This document shows positions 18,995 through 28,255 of a DNA stretch of 64,000 nt, in pieces. This DNA is from Bacteroidota bacterium (lineage in GTDB: Bacteria > Bacteroidota > Ignavibacteria > UBA10030). Both the position numbers and the translations under genes were made by a program. The notes beneath the pieces are model-generated. The model did no database searches. It saw nothing but the letters and a program-made list of their open reading frames with translations, and had not been told where the DNA came from. Location: the NCBI GenBank assembly GCA_041695085.1, contig JBGFRO010000020.1, positions 130,732 to 194,731 of the forward strand, given 5' to 3'. Each line of letters begins with the position of its first letter. The stretch's first letter is position 1.

Positions 18995-20623
18995 TTGGTG
19001 GGTGCTCACTCGACTTCGTTCCATCCGCCGGACCGTGAAGCATTACGCTCCCTCTGGGTTCATCGCCGAGTTCCGGCGGTGCGAGCTCGAGACCGCCTGA
19101 TGCTTAGCGCGCTCATCACAGCGGGTCTCGCGGCAGTCCTGCTGTTGTTCGATTGGTGGTTCCGTCCCGCGCATGTTGCCGAGCCGGTGCTCTTTATTCT
19201 GCTCTCCGTTGCGTTTTGGTACGGCATGAGTCGCATTCTCGTTGGTTGGTTCAACTACATCGCCGTGGCAAGTCCGGAGGAATGGCCCGCGCCGGCGGGG
19301 AAGGGTGTGGCCATCTTCACGACGAGCTCGCCGGGTGAGCCGCTTTCAATGTTCGAGACGACGCTCGCCGCCTGTGCGCGCATCACGTATCCGCATACTA
19401 CTTACCTGTTAGACGACACACAGGACCCGCGCTTTCGCGAGGTTGCACAGAAGCATGGCGCTCTCTGGTTAGAGCTGGTGGGATTACCGGGTGCAAAGGC
19501 GGGCAAGATCAATCGGGCATTGGAGCTGACGGACGAAGAATTCATCCTCGTCCTTGACCCCGACCATATTCCGTTCCCGAATTTTCTCGACCGAGTGTTG
19601 GGGTACTTTGAAGATGCACAGGTGGGATTCGTGCAGGTGAGCCAGGCGTACTACAATCAGTTTCGTTCGTTTGTTGCGCGCGGTGCCGCAGAGCAGACGT
19701 ATGTCTTTTATGGCCCGGTGATGATGGGGATGTTCGGCCACGGCGTCAGTTTGGCGATCGGCGCGAACTGCACGTTTCGCCGCTCAGCGCTTCAATCCAT
19801 CGGCGGCCACGGCATCGGGTTGGCGGAGGATCTTGTTACGTCCATTCGCCTCCATGCGGCGGGGTGGAAGTCGGTCTACGTGCCGGAGATTGTGAGTCGC
19901 GGCCTGGTGCCGGAAGACCTCGGTTCATTCCTGAAGCAGCAGCTCAAATGGGCGCGCGGGGTGTTCGAAATTCTCTTTGCCGAGCTTCCTCGTCTTGCCC
20001 CCAAGCTCACCTGGCGGCAGCGTCTTTCCTATTTGATGATCGGCACCTATTATCTCTGCGGCACGACCACGCTCATCTACATCGTCATTCCGTTTCTCTA
20101 TTTGTGGTTCGGATTCCTTCCTGCTGCCATGCGCTTCGAAGAGTTCTTGATTTCCATCCTGCCGGTCAGTATGTTGGGCGTTGTCATCTATCTATTCGTT
20201 CAGCGCTGGATGTGCCATCCTGAAACTGAACGCGGCGTACACTGGCGTGGATTGATGCTCAAAATTGGATGCTGGCCCGTGTATCTCTACGGTACGATCC
20301 TCGCCATTTTGGACCGGACAGTTCCGTACATCCCCACTTCCAAGGAGGCACGGCGTGGAGCGTTCGGTCGCCTCGCTACACCGCATCTCGTCGTGATGAC
20401 TCTGTATCTTGTCACCATTGCACAGGTTGTATGGGCGCGACTGACTCAACTATCCGAGGCTCAGCTTATGTTAACGAGTGAAGCGGTGTGGGGGATGATT
20501 GGCTTTGAAACGCTCTCCATGCTCATGCTCGGCGGCATGCTCTATGCTGCATGGGAAGCGACGCGGCCGCCGGCAGGAAACGCCTGGGACGCCGTCGACC
20601 TTACAAAGGAACCAGGGCAATGA
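18995..20623 (+). CDS. processive family-2 glycosyltransferase (cellulose-synthase-like/PgaC-like polysaccharide synthase)
   Basis: D, DxD (LDPDH) and QxxRW (QQLKWARG) motifs. Multiple C-terminal TM helices. Confidence 0.8.
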   Translation: MVGAHSTSFHPPDREALRSLWVHRRVPAVRARDRLMLSALITAGLAAVLLLFDWWFRPAHVAEPVLFILLSVAFWYGMSRILVGWFNYIAVASPEEWPAPAGKGVAIFTTSSPGEPLSMFETTLAACARITYPHTTYLLDDTQDPRFREVAQKHGALWLELVGLPGAKAGKINRALELTDEEFILVLDPDHIPFPNFLDRVLGYFEDAQVGFVQVSQAYYNQFRSFVARGAAEQTYVFYGPVMMGMFGHGVSLAIGANCTFRRSALQSIGGHGIGLAEDLVTSIRLHAAGWKSVYVPEIVSRGLVPEDLGSFLKQQLKWARGVFEILFAELPRLAPKLTWRQRLSYLMIGTYYLCGTTTLIYIVIPFLYLWFGFLPAAMRFEEFLISILPVSMLGVVIYLFVQRWMCHPETERGVHWRGLMLKIGCWPVYLYGTILAILDRTVPYIPTSKEARRGAFGRLATPHLVVMTLYLVTIAQVVWARLTQLSEAQLMLTSEAVWGMIGFETLSMLMLGGMLYAAWEATRPPAGNAWDAVDLTKEPGQ

Positions 20624-21780
20624 AAGCTTCGCATCGGATTCTGGTTACTGGTGCGCTTCTTCTTGTTCTTGTCGTTGCGTTCTGGGGATTGTCCTATGTG
20701 GGAACCCGAACGGAGGGCCCGCTCGGCCGTCTGCTTTCGGCGACCGGTGTTGTTGTGAGTGAGGTAGAAAATTGGTTCACGCGTGCCCTTCGCGGTAAAG
20801 GGCGTGAAGCGCAGCTGGAGTGGTTCAGCGCGTACCGGAACGACCTCTCGCGTCTACAACAACCGGACCGGATATTGCTTGGCGCGTACGACAATGGGCT
20901 TCCACATTCCATGGAAACGGTGCTACGGCTTGAGCAAGCGTTGGGGACGACCTTCCCGCTTGTTCACTTCTACACAGCGTGGGGAGATAAGCCCGAGCAG
21001 CAGTTTCCGCAGAAACTCGTTACCACCATCTGGAATCTCGGCTCCGTTCCCGTCATCACCTGGGAGCCGTGGTTGGTGGATTTCGAGAACACGAAGCATC
21101 CGCATCTGCCCTTGCGCGAGCAGCGAGATAAGGACGGATTGGAGGCGATCGCACGTGGCGAGTACGATTTTTACATCGATCAATGGGCAAAGGATGCGGC
21201 GGCGTTTGGGAAAGCGATTTTCGTCCGGCCGTTCCATGAAATGAACGACCCGTATCGCTACCCGTGGGGTCCGCAGAACAACTCCGCTGCCGATTTCATC
21301 GCCGCGTGGAGGCACGTGGCGAATCGCTTCCGCGTTGCCGGAGCCACAAACGTGATCTGGGTCTGGTCGCCTCACCTCGCGTATGAGTTCTACACCTACT
21401 ATCCCGGCGATGCGTATGTGGATTGGGTCGCCACGTTAGCGCTGAACTACGGGACTGTTGCCAACTGGTCGAAATGGTGGACGTTCGAGGAGATTGTTGG
21501 GACGAAGTATGTCTACCTTGAGGCCCTGAACAAGCCAATCATGCTTGCTGAAGTTGGCTCGTTGGCCGTCGGTGGCGATCGGGAGGAATGGTATCGTGCC
21601 GCGTTGACGAATCTGCCGGAGCGCTACCCCGCCGTAAAGGCGCTGCTCTTCTTCCACAATTCGAGCGATGCCACCGTCACCTACCAGCGCCTCGACTGGT
21701 CGTTCGTGAACGACTCGACGATGGTGGCAGTCGTTCGAGAGGCGATCCGTCCACTGCAAGAGAGTATCAGAGACTTCTGA
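20620..21780 (+). CDS. glycoside hydrolase family 26-like (beta-mannanase/endoglucanase-type) secreted protein
   Basis: ATG at 20620 overlaps the GT2 stop (ATGA). Signal anchor present. RPFHEMNDPY..W motif and WVWSPH are typical of GH26. Confidence 0.6.
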   Translation: MKASHRILVTGALLLVLVVAFWGLSYVGTRTEGPLGRLLSATGVVVSEVENWFTRALRGKGREAQLEWFSAYRNDLSRLQQPDRILLGAYDNGLPHSMETVLRLEQALGTTFPLVHFYTAWGDKPEQQFPQKLVTTIWNLGSVPVITWEPWLVDFENTKHPHLPLREQRDKDGLEAIARGEYDFYIDQWAKDAAAFGKAIFVRPFHEMNDPYRYPWGPQNNSAADFIAAWRHVANRFRVAGATNVIWVWSPHLAYEFYTYYPGDAYVDWVATLALNYGTVANWSKWWTFEEIVGTKYVYLEALNKPIMLAEVGSLAVGGDREEWYRAALTNLPERYPAVKALLFFHNSSDATVTYQRLDWSFVNDSTMVAVVREAIRPLQESIRDF

Positions 21781-21803
21781 AAAATTCAAAAACTAAGTCT
21801 CTC

Positions 21804-21958
21804 TTACGGAGATACGAACGCCGTGAGATTGTTGATGCGGACAATGTTGAACAGCGCTGCTATGAACACATACATCCAACCGACTCGATCCTTGCCGCGA
21901 TGACGTGTCTTGCGCATCAATCCAACCGTCTTCATCCAGCCAAGTTGACACACTCCTC
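21804..21958 (-). pseudogene. IS4/IS5-type DDE transposase C-terminal remnant
   Basis: Minus-strand translation ..GVCQLGWMKTVGLMRKTRHRGKDRVGWMYVFIAALFNIVRINNLTAFVSP* matches the conserved C-terminal tail of IS5/IS1182-family transposases. Only about 50 codons remain. Confidence 0.5.
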
Positions 21959-21967
21959 GTTCCCTCC

Positions 21968-22651
21968 TCATGCAATCGTCTTAATTACCTTTATCACCCG
22001 CCACATAAAGGCCACGTCTTTTTTCCGGACCACCATCGGTTCGTATTCGGGATTGAGCGGAACGAGGTGGAGGAACTGATCGTCGATCTTAATTCGCTTC
22101 ACCGTGTCTTCGTCATTCACCCGCACCACGCAGATGTCGCCGCTGCGCGCCTCCAATTTTGGACTGACGACGATGATATCGCCGTCTTCGATTCGTGGCG
22201 CCATGCTGTTTCCCTTCACCTCGAGCGCAAAGGCGCTCGGATCGCGCACGTCGTCCACCGTGATGTATTTCTCAACATAGTCGGGATGGAAGATCATGCT
22301 TGGCGCCCCGCCCGGAACGGAAGAGAGGAGCGGAAGCTGGATTAAATCGACTTTTCGGTATCTCCCCGTTGCCAATGGAAAGACATTCGCCTCATTGCGC
22401 GTTGGGTACATTTCCCCCTTGCCGGTCAACAGCCACTGGGGCGAGGCACCGGTGATCTTCGCCAAACGCATGAGGTAATTGCTGTCGGGCACCTGTTCCC
22501 CCTTCTCCCAGCGCTGGATCGTACGGCTCGCGACGTCGAGTCTCGCCGCAAGCGTCACTTGATCGATTCCTCTCCCCCTTCGCGCCTCGCGAATGCGTTG
22601 TGCAAGCGTCTGCTTCATGGGTATGATCTCCTCGTCGGACGGGATAGACAT
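21968..22651 (-). CDS. XRE-family HTH + S24 (LexA/CI-like) peptidase-domain repressor
   Basis: N-terminal HTH (LAQRIREARRGRGIDQVTLAARLDVASRTIQRWEKG) and a C-terminal S24 fold (GNSMAPRIEDGDIIVV). Confidence 0.75.
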   Translation of the reverse strand: MSIPSDEEIIPMKQTLAQRIREARRGRGIDQVTLAARLDVASRTIQRWEKGEQVPDSNYLMRLAKITGASPQWLLTGKGEMYPTRNEANVFPLATGRYRKVDLIQLPLLSSVPGGAPSMIFHPDYVEKYITVDDVRDPSAFALEVKGNSMAPRIEDGDIIVVSPKLEARSGDICVVRVNDEDTVKRIKIDDQFLHLVPLNPEYEPMVVRKKDVAFMWRVIKVIKTIA

Positions 22652-22843
22652 TTATGTCATTGCAAATGAATCATAAACGACAGAAATGTCGCACATCAAG
22701 GTAGGTATTTTTCGACTTGGTGTCAAGCCGCCATCGTGGGCGGTTTGGTTAACGTTCCTACCGCCACGCGATGGTTACCATCCTTGTTTTTTCATCCAAG
22801 GCTGGGTATTTTGGCCGCACGTAGGACGAAAGGAAAAACCCTT

Positions 22844-23146
22844 ATGGTGACAGCACTTGTGCTTTTAAACGTTGCACGCGAGCGAACGAACACCGTTGCC
22901 GAGCAACTGACGGCCATCAAAGGCGTTACGGAGGTCTACTCCGTTGCCGGCAGGTACGACCTTGCTGCGATCATCCGCGTCAAAGAAAACGAGGAACTTG
23001 CTGCAGTGGTGACGGAGAAGATTCGCGCGATTGACGGCATCGAGCGCTCCGAAACGCTTATTGCCTTTCGCGTCTTCTCGAAATATGATCTGGAGATGGC
23101 GTTTTCCATCGGTTTGGAAGAAACGGAGAGATCGAGACAGAGATGA
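22844..23146 (+). CDS. stand-alone Lrp/AsnC C-terminal (RAM) ligand-binding domain protein
   Basis: ATG at 22844. The ~100-aa sequence matches the AsnC_trans_reg domain (..[25 protein letters not shown]..) and lacks an N-terminal HTH. Stop overlaps the rsgA start. Confidence 0.55.
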   Translation: MVTALVLLNVARERTNTVAEQLTAIKGVTEVYSVAGRYDLAAIIRVKENEELAAVVTEKIRAIDGIERSETLIAFRVFSKYDLEMAFSIGLEETERSRQR

Positions 23147-24213
23147 CGCTTAAGCAGCTGGGTTGGAGCGACTTCTTCGAAGCGTACTTCGCACCGTTCC
23201 GCGAGGAGGGAAAAGAAGTCGGTCGTGTTGCCATTCCCCACCGTGGTCGGTACGTGCTCTATACAACGCATGGAGAATTGTGGGGAGAAGTCTCCGGCAA
23301 GTTTCGCTTCGAGACGAAAGATTCCGGAGGCTATCCCGCGGTCGGTGATTGGGTGGTGATCGACGCGCGACCGAAAGAGGGGACGGCGACCATTCATCAT
23401 GTGTTGCAGCGCCGGACGAAATTCTCGCGCAAGGTGGCTGGTCAGAAAACAGAAGAACAAGTCGTTGCTGCCAATGTCGATGTCGTGTTCCTCGTGAGCG
23501 GGTTGGATCACGACTTCAATCTGCGGCGCATTGAGCGCTATCTCACGGTCGCTTGGGAGAGCGGTGCTTCACCGGTCATCGTTTTGAACAAGACCGATCT
23601 CTGCAGCGATGTTCCGGAACGCGTGGCAGAGGTAGAGGCCATCGCTCAAGGCGTGCCGGTCTTGGCGATGAGTGCCGTCAAGGATGAAGGAGTTCGCGCG
23701 CTGCTCGAGTTCTTACCTGAAGGCAAAACCGGAGCGTTGCTGGGCTCATCCGGAGTTGGAAAATCGACTATTGTGAACCATCTTCTCGGTTACGACGCAC
23801 AGGAGACGCAAGGAGTGCGTGAGAGCGACAGTCGGGGCCGCCACACCACGAGCCGACGCGAACTCCTTCTCTTGCCATCCGGGGGAATGTTGATCGACAC
23901 GCCCGGCATGCGCGAACTGCAATTGTGGAGTGGTGAGGGATTGCATCACAGCTTTGAGGATATTGAGGAGCTGGCAGCGCAGTGCCGGTTTCGCGATTGC
24001 CGGCATGAACAAGAACCTGATTGCGCGGTGCAGAAGGCGTTGGATGAGGGCTCCCTCGATCCGGAGCGATTTGAAAGTTACCTGAAACTCCAGCGTGAGC
24101 TCAACTATCTCGAGCGTCGTCAGAACCAACGCGCGGCATTCATCGAGAAGCAACGCTGGAAGAAAACCGGGCGCCTGGCGAAGGATATTCAGAAGCGAAA
24201 GGGGAAAATTTGA
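23143..24213 (+). CDS. rsgA: ribosome small-subunit-dependent GTPase A
   Basis: Circularly permuted GTPase motifs ([18 protein letters not shown]) and a C-terminal zinc knuckle ([14 protein letters not shown]). Confidence 0.85.
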   Translation: MTLKQLGWSDFFEAYFAPFREEGKEVGRVAIPHRGRYVLYTTHGELWGEVSGKFRFETKDSGGYPAVGDWVVIDARPKEGTATIHHVLQRRTKFSRKVAGQKTEEQVVAANVDVVFLVSGLDHDFNLRRIERYLTVAWESGASPVIVLNKTDLCSDVPERVAEVEAIAQGVPVLAMSAVKDEGVRALLEFLPEGKTGALLGSSGVGKSTIVNHLLGYDAQETQGVRESDSRGRHTTSRRELLLLPSGGMLIDTPGMRELQLWSGEGLHHSFEDIEELAAQCRFRDCRHEQEPDCAVQKALDEGSLDPERFESYLKLQRELNYLERRQNQRAAFIEKQRWKKTGRLAKDIQKRKGKI

Positions 24214-24380
24214 AGTGCAGCGCAGCGGAGAATACAGCACTCTTTGTCACTCAAGTTGATCGCTTTTCCAAAGTAGGAGGCTGAAAACGCCGATAAAATG
24301 GATTCTCGCGGATCAACTATTTCAAACTGATGTTACGCAAACAGCCATTTTCGATGTCTCCGGGGTTCCTTTTGGATGTT

Positions 24381-24404
24381 ACTTTCTTTGATGCCAAAGA
24401 AAGT
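24381..24404. repeat. perfect 10-bp-arm hairpin preceding hairpin-unit locus A
   Basis: actttctttg atgc caaagaaagt. Confidence 0.5.
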
Positions 24405-24420
24405 AACCAAAGAAAGCTTT

Positions 24421-24580
24421 CCGAAATCGTAACGCACGCGAACGAGCAGCCTCCCCACAGCCCGTTGATTTCGGCCTCGGAGAGCATTGCAACTGATTGT
24501 CAGGAGTGTACGTGGCCGAAATCAAAACGCACGGGAGAGGGCTGCCCGCGCACAGCGCCAACGATTTCGGAGGCCTCTGC
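24421..24580. repeat. tandem pair of CCGAAATC..(~40 nt)..GATTTCGG hairpin units, locus A
   Basis: Unit 1 is CCGAAATCGtAACGCACG...GATTTCGG (24421-24474). Unit 2 is CCGAAATCAaAACGCACG...GATTTCGG (24516-24570). Homologous to 47699-47844. Confidence 0.6.
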
Positions 24581-24677
24581 GCAAAAGATTCTTTAGCCGG
24601 TTTGCCGACGCGAACTCACGGTCATTCAAAGGACAGACCTGCGAGAAGGGGGAAATCGAGATTCTGCGTAATATCAG

Positions 24678-25022
24678 TTACTTATTCCATCCCAACTGTT
24701 GTCGGGCTGCGTCGGACATCCGGCTCGGCGTCCACTCCGGTTGCCAGACGATGCGCACGTCCGCATCACCTACACCGGGAATCTTCTTCACACGATCCTT
24801 CACTTGCTGAGAGATCATGGAACTGGCCGGACAGCCGGGAGAGGTGAGAGTCATCTTCACCCCGACCCAATCGTCAACAATCGTAACGCCGTAGACCAGG
24901 CCGAGGTCAACAATGTTGACGGGAATCTCCGGGTCGTAACACTCCTTCAACGCCTCGTAGATAGCTTCTTGTGTGATCGGTTGTTTGTTGAGATTTTCCA
25001 TCATTTGTACCTTTATGCACAA
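24678..25022 (-). CDS. DUF59/MIP18-family Fe-S cluster assembly factor (SufT-like)
   Basis: 114 aa with motifs DPEIPVNIVDLGLVY and TSPGCP. Confidence 0.8.
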   Translation of the reverse strand: MCIKVQMMENLNKQPITQEAIYEALKECYDPEIPVNIVDLGLVYGVTIVDDWVGVKMTLTSPGCPASSMISQQVKDRVKKIPGVGDADVRIVWQPEWTPSRMSDAARQQLGWNK

Positions 25023-25083
25023 GGAAGATACGATTCGCTCTGACCAAACTCAATCCAATATCCCAACGTTAACCAAAATCCCC

Positions 25084-26508
25084 TCACACTACTATATACT
25101 TCCGAAACAATCGAATCCCTGCGAGCAAGAACACCGTGAGCGGGAATCCAAGCAACACCGCGCCGCTGATCACCCGACCGGTAACGACTGACAACGGCTC
25201 TTCCTCATACAAAAACTCCGGCAGCTTCTCATACTCACGAAACTGCGCCTTCTGAAGGATTTTTGGCATGAAAAAGTCTTTCCATTCCTCGTGATATTCC
25301 TCCACTTGTGCCAGGAAATGCTTGTAGCGGTCAACACCACTTCCGGCAATGTCATTCACAATGTCCTGTGCAACGATGGCGGGTGAGAGAAACCGCAGCG
25401 CGCGGATGACCAACTGCTGCCGCTCCAACTGACTCCGATAGCGTTCTAAAACTGGCGCGATCATTCGCTCGACCTCCTCATTCACAACCGCACGCATCGC
25501 GGCGAAATTACGCGTGTCAATGCTATCGCCGCGCGCAAGCTCGGGATGATCCTCAAAGTATTTCGCCAACAGTATGCTTCCTTGCTCGGATGCTTCTTTC
25601 GACGCCCGCCGCATCGCATCAATCAGCTCTACGCGTGAAGGAACGGGATACAACGTCTTCGCCGCGAGATTAAAGACCGTCGGTAAGACGATAACGACCG
25701 CTAACCAAACAACGGCGAGTACCGTGGCATTCGCTGCCGATGAGCGACCGAACGAGACAACAAACAGCGCAATGCTGAACCACAGAGCGCCATACACGAC
25801 AAGAAACAGCAGGAGCAAAGCAAGTTTCGTTATGGATTCTCCCGTAAATGAAACCGTCCCGCTGAAAAGAACGCCAAGAACCGCAATCGCCGCTACACCG
25901 GTGGTCAGCACAACAAACCGTAGCAGAAAACGGACGGCGACGAGTCGTTTCAGAGAAACGGGATTGGAGAGAAGAAGACCTAATGTGCCCGATTCTTTAT
26001 CCGATGCGGGAATGTTGTAGGCGAGCGCGAGAATGAGAAGCGGATATAAAAAGATAAGAACAAATGCTAAATCGAATTTGCCGGTGAGAAGTCGAAGAGG
26101 ATTTTCAATCTCCTGTGCGGTGAGAATGGCTTCTCTGGAATCTGTTGAGATCTTGAGATAGAACGGATACAGATCGCTTTGTCCCACCGACACGACGGCT
26201 AAAGGTCCCGGAGGTAACACGGCGTACCTATTTGCAATCCGTCTTCCTGCTGCTCCGGGGTCGCGCGGATCCAAGAAGGCCGGTATGGTCAGGTCACCAC
26301 GGTCGAGTGCAGGGATCAGCGATTTCATCGAATCAATGCGCGCAGATTCTTCTGCGAGCGCACCGGCTATCGCGTCATTCTGAAACTTCACCCACTCCGC
26401 ACCGTTCCAGATGGCAAACACTGCGCAGAGTGTAAAGATGAGAAGCAGCAATCCAACTGCCCAATCGGAAGTTAAGAGTTTCCATTCATACGTGAAAAGT
26501 TTCTTCAT
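25084..26508 (-). CDS. ABC-2-type transporter permease, DUF3526 family
   Basis: 474 aa with an N-terminal TM, a large extracytoplasmic loop and a C-terminal TM bundle. Paralogous to 26788..28206. Confidence 0.6.
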   Translation of the reverse strand: MKKLFTYEWKLLTSDWAVGLLLLIFTLCAVFAIWNGAEWVKFQNDAIAGALAEESARIDSMKSLIPALDRGDLTIPAFLDPRDPGAAGRRIANRYAVLPPGPLAVVSVGQSDLYPFYLKISTDSREAILTAQEIENPLRLLTGKFDLAFVLIFLYPLLILALAYNIPASDKESGTLGLLLSNPVSLKRLVAVRFLLRFVVLTTGVAAIAVLGVLFSGTVSFTGESITKLALLLLFLVVYGALWFSIALFVVSFGRSSAANATVLAVVWLAVVIVLPTVFNLAAKTLYPVPSRVELIDAMRRASKEASEQGSILLAKYFEDHPELARGDSIDTRNFAAMRAVVNEEVERMIAPVLERYRSQLERQQLVIRALRFLSPAIVAQDIVNDIAGSGVDRYKHFLAQVEEYHEEWKDFFMPKILQKAQFREYEKLPEFLYEEEPLSVVTGRVISGAVLLGFPLTVFLLAGIRLFRKYIVV

Positions 26509-26787
26509 AGGACATTCTCCTGAACGATCTGTTTTGGGCTAAGTAATTTCCATTCGTCTTCTGCTTGTTCCCACGCCTGCCCGATGCCTACTTCCCGGTG
26601 GGCACGGCAGTCAAGCTCTGCGTGGGAACAGACTCACTGGCGCTCAGCGTCAGTTATCGAACGGGGAAGTGTTGCATCTCCGCAACGCTCGTGCCACTTT
26701 TCTGCTATGAAAATATCCCTGAATAGACAACCGACAGTTCATTTTCATCAGGGGTGGTGAACCCCCGATTCATGACCGCTTTTCCAT

Positions 26788-28206
26788 TCAGACAATGTGC
26801 ATTTTTCGTATTGCAAGAATCACACCGGCAAACGCAATCCCACACCACACAGTTAGGATGAAGATGCTCAGCACGTACTCCTTCAGCACCCATCCAACCG
26901 TAGGGCCTTCGTACACAAAGTCCGGAACCTTTTGCCACAACTCCGGTCCGGCAAGATACTGGCCGCTCTCCGTCTTTCCTCGCTGGAAGATGTCGTCATT
27001 CATAATTTTCTGAATGACACGCCGATAGTCTTCCCCGGCGCGAACGAAATGACGGTGATGATGCCAGTCTGTCCCCGCCAATCCCATCGAAAGCGATTGC
27101 ACCGGCAGAAGCGGCGCAACCAGACCGCAGACTTGGTAAACTGTCATCTGCCTCTCAAAGAGATCGAAGAGTCTGCCGTAATGACGATCGTACACCCTGT
27201 AGCCGTGTTCTTCCCCCGCCTGCAGCGCGAAGCCGCTGAGGTTCACTGGTAAAGCCTGAAGGGAATCAACGCCGTAGCGCCGAAACAGCTCCTGCTTCTT
27301 GGCTTCGATCAACGCTTGTAGCTCAGTCTGATCATCCAGATCCTTTTTCATCGCCGTTTTGAATTCGATGCTCGAAGGAAGGGGATGGATGACTCTGGAG
27401 AGATCCGAAGCGAGACGCGGTGCAATCAGCGAGTTGGCGATCCAGAATGAGAGCAGCACAACGAGCGCAACGCGTGACCCGCCTTCGGGGGGCACTGCAG
27501 CCGACACCGTAAGGGCAACACCGACAATGACACCGAGGTAGAGCACATACACAACGACGAGCAGAACATAGCGAACGAATCCCTCCAATCCTTCCGCACC
27601 GCCTGCATACAACATCACCGCTGCAGCCCCAAGGATTACGGCGGGGATGAGAATAACGGCAAGTCCGCTCGTTACGCCTATGGCTTTGCCGAGTGCAAGC
27701 ACGCGTCGGTCAACGCCGAGACTCAAGAGCTGTCGCAACGTCCCTTGCTCACGTTCACCGGCAAATGCGCCAAATGTCAGAAGAATAATCAGAAGCGGAA
27801 GAAGCAGTTGCATCACGGCGGCAGCGGTCATTTCGCCGAAGCGCTGCACAGCCGTTGCATCCTGTGCAGGACGATAGAGAAAATCATTCTGATAATGCGC
27901 TTCGAGCCAAACCGTGACGCCGACGTACGGATCGAGTCCGGCATCGAGAACGGAAAGGACGTTCTTTGGCTTGAACGCATAGACGCCGTAGTGCGCGGCG
28001 GAGTGGGGATTCTTCTGGCCTTGATCGAGCCATCGCTCGCGCTCCGCTGCGCGTGCCGCCTCGTGTTGCGCACTGATGTCGGCATAATGGATCAGTCCGA
28101 TGATGAGCGAAAGCGTAAGTAAGCCCAGCACTGCTGCCGCCGACCATCGAAAGCGGCCGTCGCGCAGCATTTCGGTGAATTCTTTCTTTGCGATTCGAGT
28201 CAGCAT
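26788..28206 (-). CDS. ABC-2-type transporter permease, DUF3526 family (paralog)
   Basis: 472 aa with the same architecture. RBS aaggaga lies 8 nt upstream of the ATG. Confidence 0.6.
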   Translation of the reverse strand: MLTRIAKKEFTEMLRDGRFRWSAAAVLGLLTLSLIIGLIHYADISAQHEAARAAERERWLDQGQKNPHSAAHYGVYAFKPKNVLSVLDAGLDPYVGVTVWLEAHYQNDFLYRPAQDATAVQRFGEMTAAAVMQLLLPLLIILLTFGAFAGEREQGTLRQLLSLGVDRRVLALGKAIGVTSGLAVILIPAVILGAAAVMLYAGGAEGLEGFVRYVLLVVVYVLYLGVIVGVALTVSAAVPPEGGSRVALVVLLSFWIANSLIAPRLASDLSRVIHPLPSSIEFKTAMKKDLDDQTELQALIEAKKQELFRRYGVDSLQALPVNLSGFALQAGEEHGYRVYDRHYGRLFDLFERQMTVYQVCGLVAPLLPVQSLSMGLAGTDWHHHRHFVRAGEDYRRVIQKIMNDDIFQRGKTESGQYLAGPELWQKVPDFVYEGPTVGWVLKEYVLSIFILTVWCGIAFAGVILAIRKMHIV

Positions 28207-28226
28207 TGATGTTCTCCTTAAATTGT

Positions 28227-28253
28227 GTAGGTCGGATTGTCAATCCGACCTAC
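28227..28253. repeat. perfect 13+1+13 palindrome GTAGGTCGGATTG T CAATCCGACCTAC (intercistronic, 2 nt after TonB-receptor stop)
   Basis: Exact inverted repeat. An identical copy lies at 31099-31125 and a related one at 42626-42651. Confidence 0.8.
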
Positions 28254-28255
28254 CT

